A stretch of DNA of 64,000 nt from Eukaryota sp. TZLM1-RC. Lineage: Eukaryota > Protista > Metamonada: BaSk clade. Positions 55,874 through 64,000 of this stretch are shown in pieces (position 1 is the first letter of the stretch; each line of letters opens with the position of its first letter). The stretch lies in contig JAUPSS010000005.1 in the NCBI GenBank assembly GCA_040285825.1, forward strand, positions 1,674,001 through 1,738,000. The letters are read 5' to 3'. The position numbers were made by a program, and so were the translations under genes. The notes beneath the pieces are model-generated. The model had not been told where the DNA came from. It was given only the letters and a program-made list of their open reading frames with translations, and ran no database searches.

Positions 55874-56630
55874 TGATGCTGCAAGTTGCTCCTTACACCT
55901 TATCAGACAAGACAAAACTGGAATTCACATCGAAGACGCTCTCTGCTCATCAAGGAAGTAGAGAAACTCTGAACAAAAACCATCAAAAATTTTATAAGGA
56001 TGCTCAAGAATCATGAATTTATCAAAACAAAATTGTAAAGGAATGGGAAGAGAATTAAAACAATTTTCAAAAAAACTCTAGATCATGAAAAATTCCTATA
56101 CTACGTCAAGGCAAAAAACAACTTTTCTCTCCATGTTGGAGCATTTTGTTTTAACAAAGAATTGAGTGTCATGGAACTACGAAGATTCATGGCCACAGAT
56201 AGGTTTAACGCAAAATGTATGAATGAATTTGAAAATAGGTTTGGAGGTCCAGAAAATAACATTGTAGTGATGGGTGATTGGACGCAGTTTTAGGCATCAA
56301 ACACCTACAAAGAATGTTGGATATCGAAAGTTGTTTAAAAAACGTAAATTCCATCTATTGCTGCTGGACGAATAAAGAACTAGTTGTCGATGTCAGGTAT
56401 GTGTACTCAAGGGGAAAGAAGGTGAAAATGTAAAGAAACATCGAGTACCTAACCCAAGACCTTACAGGAGAGCAAAGACTCCAACAGTTCTTAGACATGA
56501 ATTACTCACTTACAAGAAGTGTGGATGTCTATGGAATCGTAATGTCAATGCTGTTCTTAATATGATTCATGTTGTGGATCAGTATCTGAAAGGAAATGAA
56601 AGACCTCAAGTTTTGAGAAGATCAACTCGA
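55874..56630 (+). pseudogene. Fanzor (Fanzor1-type, TnpB-derived RuvC nuclease) pseudogene, C-terminal half
   Basis: Manual translation: FENRFGGPENNIVVMGDW / PTKNVGYRKLF..LLDE*RTSCRCQVC...PNPRPYR...RHELLTYKKCGCLWNRNVNAVLNM...GNERPQVLRR. Confidence 0.9.
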
Positions 56631-56700
56631 TTCATTCCATCTTCATCCCCCAGTAATCTCAACAGGCTACTACTTTCTGACATTTCTGTGCTGCTGACCC

Positions 56701-57150
56701 ATGTCTCTAACTAAGGAACAGGAACATGAGATACAGGAAGCATTCTCTCTCTTTGATCAGGACCGTAATGGGACCATTGAACCTTCTGAGCTAAGAATAG
56801 CAATGAAAGCTCTTGGCATTGAGTCTTCAAAAGCTGAAATTGACCGTCTGCTGGATGAAGCATCTTCCTCAGATTCCTTATCATTTGATGAATTCCATTC
56901 CATAATGGCCAAGAAATTATCAGAGAGAGACCCTCATGAGGAGATGGAAAAAGCGTTCCAACTATTTGACATTGATCAAGATGGTTTGATCAGCCTTTCG
57001 GACATGAAGAAGATTGCCCAAGAATTAGGAGAGACTCTCCCTGATGATGAGCTGGAGTCCATGATAGAGGAAGCAGACGTGGACGGTGATGGGCAACTGA
57101 CATTATCAGATTGGATTAAAGTAATGGAACGCACCAGTTTGTATTCGTGA
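56701..57150 (+). CDS. Centrin (caltractin)
   Basis: EF-hands; [29 protein letters not shown]-terminal TSLY typical of centrins. Confidence 0.9.
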   Translation: MSLTKEQEHEIQEAFSLFDQDRNGTIEPSELRIAMKALGIESSKAEIDRLLDEASSSDSLSFDEFHSIMAKKLSERDPHEEMEKAFQLFDIDQDGLISLSDMKKIAQELGETLPDDELESMIEEADVDGDGQLTLSDWIKVMERTSLYS

Positions 57151-57693
57151 GTTATATTTAATTTAAAATTGTTTAAAAACTATATTGGAATAAATCTTCT
57201 TTATTGTAAATGCAATTATTGTATCAAGTTTTTAGAACGAACCTCACAGAATTTTTGTAGTCTTTCCTAATCTGATTTATCAATTGATAGAGCAAAGATA
57301 TTGTTGTAAAGATGAGATAAAATCTCCTAAAAACTCAAGGGAAATAAACAGGTTCAAGATGGGTTAATGGGTGGAATATTATTGATGAAGTTGAAAGATA
57401 AATAAGTTAGCATTCTGTTCTATATTGTTATTCGGTTATTATGGTGTTATGAACCTTGATGGAAGACATGCACCTGCATTAGAGTGAATCATTCAATTAA
57501 ATTTTCTCGACTCTTGATGAAATTTGCAAATCACAAAAATCACATCATGCACGTGTATGCTCTTCTTACACCATGTTCACATATCATGCTAGCACACAGT
57601 TGATCACTTACTTATTGTTCATTTCTGGGGGACCAACTTGTCTGATATCCTTAAACCTTCTATCTCCTCAATATTCACATTCTCCTCTTCTCA

Positions 57694-59355
57694 ATGTCGC
57701 TGTTTCTTGACATACCGATCCAGACTCCTCCAATAACCTCCTTCTACTTCCATCAATCTCATTTACATCATAGCACATCCTTCCTCTTTTACGGCAAACG
57801 TAATGGTCAAGTAGAAATTAACAATTTAAATTCCAATCAATCGATCAAATACAGATTTGATTTCAACTCAATCAACACTCTATCGGCAACTGATCACATT
57901 TTCGTTTCTGGGTCACGTGATGGAGTGGTCAGAATCTACAAGAATCTTGACGAATCTTTCGAAAATGCTGGTTTTTATACTCATTCAGGTTCTATTACTA
58001 ATGTTTTGTTTGATAATGGTAACATCATATCGACTGCAACTGATGGCCAACTGATTGCCCATGACGTCACCAGTCAACAACTTTCCGACTCTCACCACGT
58101 GACCAGCTCAATATACTCTATTTATGACCTTTCAAATGTTTTTTGTTGTGGTTGTGCTGATGGTGGAATTGAATTCCTTGACAAAAGAACGTTTAAACCA
58201 ACGAGTAAACCTTTTATTTTTTTAAAAGAAGGACCAATAAGAAGTTTAAATTGTTTTAATAATTATCTTTCCATTATTGGACCTTCTAATTGTGTTTCTT
58301 TATATGATTACAGAAATCGAAAAGTAGTAAACAAAATATTTCTTGGTAGTAACACCAGGGGTTATTCGTCATTCTTAGACTCAAATGGATTGTATATTGG
58401 TACGAACGATGGGGCTTATTTCATAAGCACTAGTTGTAACAACCAAGAATACACTGCTGAGCTGGCATTACCTGTCACAAACTCTAGAGTGATTGCTATA
58501 AATAAGATTGGGGATAATAAACTTGGGGCATTGATATCGGGACAACAATGTGGGATTCTACCGATGAATGATAACTACCAAGTGAGAAAGCTACAAGAAG
58601 AGGGAACATTGATGTACGATGAACCCTTGGTAGATGCGAGTCCATGTGAGATACATAAAGACCTAATTCAAGTTGAACAGAGAAAAGAGAAGGAAGTTAG
58701 CAGGAGAATCTTCAACATTTTTACTCAACAAGAATCTTCCTCTCTGTTGTCCATAGATCAACATAACCTCAACTATCTCATTCAAGAGTTCTACACCTTA
58801 CATGTACATGCAGATTCTGTGTCAATCGAGTTGGAACAATCCAAGCTTGATTGCCTTGTACTCCCTGTAGGCTGTATTAATACGAACATTCTTTGTAACA
58901 AGGAGACTAAGCTGGTTCATGTTGGTCTGGAGTTTTTCAAGAGTTTACTCGGAATGGTCTCTTGCCTTTCAATAGCTGTAGATCCTTCGAAACTGGCGTG
59001 TCAGCAAAGTAGCGAGTCACCAAAAGTCTTGTTGACCCACGAAGACTACCATTATCTTGTAAAACCTGTAGTCGCAGGGAAAAAAACACTGAATAGGTAC
59101 AATGCGATTGTGTTAAGTATACTATTACAGGCGAGGGACAAATTCGTTCCTGCTGTTGGTACTCTTAGAGCCGCACATTATCAGTCATTACACGAACTAC
59201 ACCAGTGGATCAAAGACCATAAGAAACAGCTGGTGCAGGAGGGTTCGTTCTTGTGTAATGGTTATGCGTTAGATTCATCTCTGTCGTTGGGAATCATTCA
59301 CAAAAGATATTGGAAGAGGGATAGAACTTTGGTGCTGGTGTATAAGGTTTGCTAA
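57694..59355 (+). CDS. WD40 protein, WDR48/UAF1-like
   Basis: N-terminal WD repeats; C-terminal CNGYALD..LSLGIIHKRYWK...LVLVY resembles the WDR48 SUMO-like tail. Confidence 0.65.
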   Translation: MSLFLDIPIQTPPITSFYFHQSHLHHSTSFLFYGKRNGQVEINNLNSNQSIKYRFDFNSINTLSATDHIFVSGSRDGVVRIYKNLDESFENAGFYTHSGSITNVLFDNGNIISTATDGQLIAHDVTSQQLSDSHHVTSSIYSIYDLSNVFCCGCADGGIEFLDKRTFKPTSKPFIFLKEGPIRSLNCFNNYLSIIGPSNCVSLYDYRNRKVVNKIFLGSNTRGYSSFLDSNGLYIGTNDGAYFISTSCNNQEYTAELALPVTNSRVIAINKIGDNKLGALISGQQCGILPMNDNYQVRKLQEEGTLMYDEPLVDASPCEIHKDLIQVEQRKEKEVSRRIFNIFTQQESSSLLSIDQHNLNYLIQEFYTLHVHADSVSIELEQSKLDCLVLPVGCINTNILCNKETKLVHVGLEFFKSLLGMVSCLSIAVDPSKLACQQSSESPKVLLTHEDYHYLVKPVVAGKKTLNRYNAIVLSILLQARDKFVPAVGTLRAAHYQSLHELHQWIKDHKKQLVQEGSFLCNGYALDSSLSLGIIHKRYWKRDRTLVLVYKVC

Positions 59356-59465
59356 CCTTGAAGTTTGTGAAATAAAATAACTTTTTTGAATATACTTTTT
59401 GAAGATTCTGTGGAAGATTGCCGTTAAAGTCAAAAATAGTGGAAGTGTGCAGACACTACAATTAA

Positions 59466-59972
59466 TTAATTTTGGTTCTGATGATAGAGGTGATGTATAC
59501 TGTGATGGGATTGAGAACTCTGAAGGTGTTGTTGACGTTGTCTGCTGTAATGTTGCAAATGACACTTTGGTTCAAAGAAGGAAACTTAATCCTGTAATTC
59601 CTCTCGAATTTAAAGCCAAAGAAAAAAATAGAAAACATGACAAAGATAATGAAGAAGCCAATGCTGATAGAAATAGACCACTTGTTTTTATTGCTTTCCC
59701 ATTTTCTATAAACGGAAGGCTATCAGTAGAAGCAGAAACTTTTTTGAATGATTTAAAAACAATGGTTCAAGAAAAAACAATGAAATGATTTGATATCTTT
59801 TTATGACGCTCGCGAATTCAATTTGGCATAATTATCAAATTGCCTCGTTGTTCATAAGAGAAGCTTTAGCTAGACATCACGCAGATCAAGATTTTGTAGA
59901 GGAAATCTTGGTTCAATGAATTTCGTCCCATTAGATATGAGTTTATTTTATTAAGTTGGCAAGTTCAATAAA
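59466..59972 (+). mobile_element. 3' fragment of RLE family A (decayed)
   Basis: NFGSDDRGDVY...FPFSINGRLS, stops, shared 3' UTR and AATAAA. Confidence 0.92.
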
Positions 59973-60227
59973 ATTAATTTTCATTAACAATTGCTAACAA
60001 AGTTCTTCTGCAGCAAATCTTTTAGTTACATACACAGTATTGATAAATATCAAACATCATTATTATCCTAAAAGATTTTTTTTCAAAAATTGTCAAAGAA
60101 ACCAGCAAAAGAGTGGAGGGAAAAGGAGAACTTCACAAATGTCAAGGAATGCAATGTAAATGTAAAGTGAACAAATCTCATCCAACCAAATTGTAACTGA
60201 CTGTTCTTATAGACCCTAGATTTAGGA

Positions 60228-60632
60228 ATGGCAAAGGACTTGACCTTTGCTAAACATGGTGCATCTGTCCACTGGGTATCAGTGGAGAATCCTGACTTTC
60301 CATCTTCAAACATCCTTGATGGAGACAATAGAACCTTCTTCTACACAACAGGACTCTTTCCTCAAGAAGTTGTCATTGCTTTCCCCCATCTAGCCAAGGT
60401 GTCAAAGTTACGTACAATCTCTCAACACATAAAAGAGTATGAGATCTTTTATTCCTCAGAACCAGATGCATCTAACTGGGTGTCTGTGTTCAGTACAACC
60501 TTGCCTCCGAAGGATAAGCCTCATATTGAAAACTCGTCGGTTGCAATCGAAGCCGCTTTTATCAAGATAAAAGTAATATCGGCTTATAGTCATTTTGTTA
60601 AGATTTATCGAATTATCGCTGAAGGTAAATAA
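60228..60632 (+). CDS. IFT25: Intraflagellar transport protein 25
   Basis: NILDG..TFFYTTGLFPQEVVIAF and I.SAY.HF motifs, 134 aa. Confidence 0.88.
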   Translation: MAKDLTFAKHGASVHWVSVENPDFPSSNILDGDNRTFFYTTGLFPQEVVIAFPHLAKVSKLRTISQHIKEYEIFYSSEPDASNWVSVFSTTLPPKDKPHIENSSVAIEAAFIKIKVISAYSHFVKIYRIIAEGK

Positions 60633-60723
60633 TTTTCTGTATAATATGTATTCAAGAATTAGAAATAAACTAATTTATTTTCAACTCATCATTATTTTTA
60701 AATTTAATTTATTTTACATTTAA

Positions 60724-62478
60724 TTAGCCACTATTACGAAGTTGTTTTAAATATTCATCTTCTGTCTGTTGCAGCAATTCCTCAAAATCTACATCTACGC
60801 ATTTCCTATTACCATCCGCCTTATCCTTTTGCTTAGTTAATAAACTTTTTTCTCGTTTTACCTCTTTTTCAAGCAAACCTCCAACAAAAGCTTTTTCAGC
60901 AGCTGAGGTTGTCATCATTGACTCACCAAGCTGAACAAGGGCAAGTCTACCATCTGTAGAACCAGCAGCGGTGACCTTACCCATGCTAGCACCAGAATGA
61001 GCAATGGAGAGGGAACAGATTGCAGAGGTAAGAACGGGCAAAGATCTGGTTGGAGTCGTGTGCTTGAGGGTCAAATCCCAGAAATCAATCACGCCATCAT
61101 CACGTGAGGTCAAGAAAAGTCCAGGTTTGATTGGGGACCAGCAACCAGCCAATAATCTATTCTTTTGGTAAGGGGTTGAGTACAATGGAGTTCTTAAATG
61201 CTCATCATCAATCCATAGCTTTGCAGTCCAATCACCAATTGTTAAAAAATATCTAGAAAAAAACTTATTTCGGTCAATAGAAAGAACAGGTCCTAAATGT
61301 CCAGAAAAAGGAAGTGAACATCGGTCTGATGGATTTTTTACCTTCCGATTGACTATCATTACGTCACCATGTTCTGAGCCAGTTAAAAACTTCGATGGAC
61401 CACCATTAATATCATAACAAAGGGACACTGCTCCGTGTCCCATTACATCAACATGACGGTCAGTAACATCTCCATCAATTTGATTGTAATCATCTTTTGA
61501 AATCAAAGGAATACTATCTATGGGGGTCGAAGGTTTCCGTACATCCCAGACCAAAGAGTAACCATCAGTAGAAGAAGTAAGAATCTCACACGCACTCTTT
61601 GACTGGAGCCACTTCACAGAGTAAATTGGTTCCTTGTGTGAAGATTCAATACCAGATGTTACTACAACATTACCACTTCTTCTCGTATCCCAGATACAGA
61701 CAAGACCATTGTAACAACCTCCTGCGATCATGTGAACGTCCTTTGGGTTGTACTCAACAGAGACAGCAGGAGAAGGGGGTGAGAGGGTATAGAAAGGGTC
61801 ATTGGTGTTGGAGAGATCCCATACATAAGAATCACAGGAAGAATGGTTGTGTGAAGAGTAACCTTGGAACTTGAGTGAACAGTAACTTCCTGCTATCCGA
61901 GTACATCCATCAGGGAACCAAGAGAGAGAGGATATCGATCTAGCACTATCGTTCTTGCTCCTGCGGTCATGGAAGAGGGAAATGGTGTGAGATTGGTTCG
62001 AATCATCTTCGTCATCTGAATCATATATTGGATTGGGACGCTGAGAAGAAGGGGTGTCTTGAAAATATAGTTCATGGATGTCTAGAGCAACGTTTTGTTC
62101 CAGAACAGTGTCAGTGGCAGCTGCGAGTCTTACCACAGCTTCAACGTACTTTTCATCCTTTTCCACCTTCTTTCTATAGCCTGTTGTGTGTTCAGCTTGT
62201 GTAGGGTCAATGTTTCTGGGCCAACCACCTTCTGTGTGATTAACACCGGTGGACTCGGTTTCATATCGGATTGTGTTAACTTCGTGCTCAGAAACTGATG
62301 GTATACAAGATATAGATTTTTCCATAAGAGGAGGTCTTCTCCACTCTGATTCTTCTTCTGGATTTGGGGGAATACTAAGTACATTGCTGAAAAAGGAAGA
62401 AAAGTTGCAGGGACGACCAAATTCCTTGCGTTTTTTAGAATACTCTCTGACAGAAGCAAAACCAAGAGAGAACGTCAT
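60724..62478 (-). CDS. DNAI2: Outer-arm dynein intermediate chain 2 (IC2/IC70)
   Basis: KKRKEFGRPCNF, GVNHTEGGWP, AGGCYNGLV..WD, LTIGDWTAKLW WD repeats; first ATG at 62478. Confidence 0.9.
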   Translation of the reverse strand: MTFSLGFASVREYSKKRKEFGRPCNFSSFFSNVLSIPPNPEEESEWRRPPLMEKSISCIPSVSEHEVNTIRYETESTGVNHTEGGWPRNIDPTQAEHTTGYRKKVEKDEKYVEAVVRLAAATDTVLEQNVALDIHELYFQDTPSSQRPNPIYDSDDEDDSNQSHTISLFHDRRSKNDSARSISSLSWFPDGCTRIAGSYCSLKFQGYSSHNHSSCDSYVWDLSNTNDPFYTLSPPSPAVSVEYNPKDVHMIAGGCYNGLVCIWDTRRSGNVVVTSGIESSHKEPIYSVKWLQSKSACEILTSSTDGYSLVWDVRKPSTPIDSIPLISKDDYNQIDGDVTDRHVDVMGHGAVSLCYDINGGPSKFLTGSEHGDVMIVNRKVKNPSDRCSLPFSGHLGPVLSIDRNKFFSRYFLTIGDWTAKLWIDDEHLRTPLYSTPYQKNRLLAGCWSPIKPGLFLTSRDDGVIDFWDLTLKHTTPTRSLPVLTSAICSLSIAHSGASMGKVTAAGSTDGRLALVQLGESMMTTSAAEKAFVGGLLEKEVKREKSLLTKQKDKADGNRKCVDVDFEELLQQTEDEYLKQLRNSG

Positions 62479-62927
62479 GGCTATGGTACTACTTGCTTCA
62501 AAGTGCAAGGATGTGGTTTAAGATTTGTGTGTGGATGGAGTTTTCAAAATAAATGTTAAAACGCATTTTGTATATTGAAATTTGAGTTGAAACAAGAATT
62601 AAACCTACAATACATGAAGAACAATAAAGGAGCAACATCACAGTTTCAAATAAAGGCATTGAGGAGTACCAAGAACAGGTTAAAAAGGACATTATAGATA
62701 ATTGAGGAAAAACACACGCAACCACAAAAGAGGATAGTGTAAACAGCCGCTCCTATATTATAAGCTAAACTAATTATAGTCTTTTTCATAGTTAGTATAC
62801 TGTCATAGTTTGATATGAAGGTTCAAGAATGTTCATCAACGAAAGTTAAACTCAAATGATTGGCCTGAATTCTACTACAGTGAAAATTCGCTAATTGTAG
62901 ATCCCCAAATAAACATTTTTTGTAAAT

Positions 62928-63623
62928 TCATTTTATAAATTCGAAAATCCTATTTCCAAAAAAATTAATAGCATTTTCCCAGATTAATAATCTCAATTCA
63001 TCAATGTTTAGATCCATCAAGTCTGCAGCTTTGTCATACACATTCCCTAAGCTATTTCCAGCAGTATCTGTTTCAAGAAAGATTCTACTTGATGGGAGTT
63101 TACCTAAATGGGCCAACTTTGGTGATTTTAACAAACTATTACCAAAAGACAAGTAAAATCCTTTTTGAATAAGAGAACTAGCGAGCTCAAATGAACCAGT
63201 GAAGCCATGAATAGCCATTTTGACTGATGGGAATTCGCGTTTAACTTTTAAAAGGTCATCATAGGCCTTTACACAATGAACCACTACTGGTAAGCCAGTC
63301 TGTTGAGCTATAGTTAGTTGTTTATGAAAAACATTGAGTTGAAGGTTATAGTTGGAGTTGACCTTGGCAGAGGGTTTATCAAGTCCGATTTCCCCTATTG
63401 CAATGATTTTCGACGAAAGATTCCGAAGTAGAGAATCATGTTCACGTGTTATGTTAGAGGAGACATGCCAAGGATGTATACCAACTGTGTGAGGTAGTGA
63501 CGTATCTATGTTAGAGCTTTCGGAAAGGAAAACACTATTGATAGGAAAATATGTGGATGTACTTGATTTATTGTGTGTGTGAAAATCAAGAAGCAGTTGG
63601 TTAGTTGGCAAAAAAGACGACAT
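62928..63623 (-). CDS. tatD: TatD-family DNase
   Basis: DFHTH, GIHPW, IGEIGLD, VVHCVKA, IHGF, LETD; ATG at 63623. Confidence 0.92.
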   Translation of the reverse strand: MSSFLPTNQLLLDFHTHNKSSTSTYFPINSVFLSESSNIDTSLPHTVGIHPWHVSSNITREHDSLLRNLSSKIIAIGEIGLDKPSAKVNSNYNLQLNVFHKQLTIAQQTGLPVVVHCVKAYDDLLKVKREFPSVKMAIHGFTGSFELASSLIQKGFYLSFGNSLLKSPKLAHLGKLPSSRIFLETDTAGNSLGNVYDKAADLMDLNIDELRLLIWENAINFFGNRIFEFIK

Positions 63624-63718
63624 TTGCTGATATATGTTGAGAATATAGGGTAACAAAATTGTATTTTGAGTGGTGCAAAAGTGGAGAAAAACATAAATTG
63701 CCTGCTCAAGCTACCACC

Positions 63719-64000
63719 ATGACTTTGCAACAACGTGACCAACCAGCTATTGAAATACACCACAGCCAACATAACGCAGACTCTCAAATTTATGAGGAGT
63801 CTCAGAATCTCTGGTTTTCAACTCAAACCCCACCCACAAGAGCTCCTAAACCAGTTCACCGGGATATACCTGTTCCATATTATTTAAACTATGAAAAGGT
63901 AACTCCAGAATTCCATCCATATGAGGATGAAGACATACCAAAGACTGGAAGAGCAAAAAAGGGGGTTCATCCATTGACCACCTCTGTAGTGGACTGCCTT
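63719..64000 (+). CDS. Partial CDS running off the right edge, unknown product
   Basis: ATG at 63719 (CCACCATG context) opens MTLQQRDQPAIEIHH..., with no stop to 64000. Confidence 0.6.
   Translation, partial: MTLQQRDQPAIEIHHSQHNADSQIYEESQNLWFSTQTPPTRAPKPVHRDIPVPYYLNYEKVTPEFHPYEDEDIPKTGRAKKGVHPLTTSVVDCL

Noticed and set aside
56373-56375. In-frame TAA as a sign of stop-codon reassignment
   Set aside because: Conserved host genes are intact in the standard code and end in TAA, TAG or TGA; this locus is independently decayed.
56701-62478. Centrin, IFT25 and DNAI2 as a ciliary gene cluster
   Set aside because: Mixed orientations with unrelated genes in between; expected by chance in a compact flagellate genome.
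62738-62805. 68-bp TG...CA unit as another solo LTR
   Set aside because: Flanks give only a 3-bp match with these ends, and there is no similarity to the other LTRs.
1-64000. Short overlapping or antisense ORFs in the track; CRISPR arrays, rRNA and tRNA genes
   Set aside because: The short ORFs are shadows of real genes or repeats; no regularly spaced repeat array or recognisable rRNA/tRNA was seen by eye.

Overview
Eukaryotic, AT-rich, gene-dense DNA from a flagellated protist (centrin, IFT25, outer-arm dynein IC2 and HYLS1 are present). It uses the standard genetic code and has a few tiny (23-32 nt) GT-AG introns. The architecture resembles compact metamonad-type genomes, but the taxon cannot be proven from sequence alone. 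About 22 host genes are interleaved with a heavy mobile load. (i) About 17 fragments belong to at least five families of RLE-type (CRE/NeSL-like) non-LTR retrotransposons, including one full-length 3.4-kb copy with a 15-bp TSD. (ii) A family of LTR elements has very short LTRs (82-127 bp) and 4-bp TSDs; the one complete copy encodes only a Gag-like region with no recognisable pol and sits inside a non-LTR ORF. (iii) A decayed Fanzor (eukaryotic TnpB-derived RNA-guided nuclease) gene, missed by the ORF track, abuts the centrin gene. Other highlights: a spliced, secreted two-domain Cys-rich peptide gene, a hybrid histidine kinase with a degenerate ATP-binding domain, and a recent inverted duplication of a RING-MATH gene in which both copies end at an LTR start at the same nucleotide.
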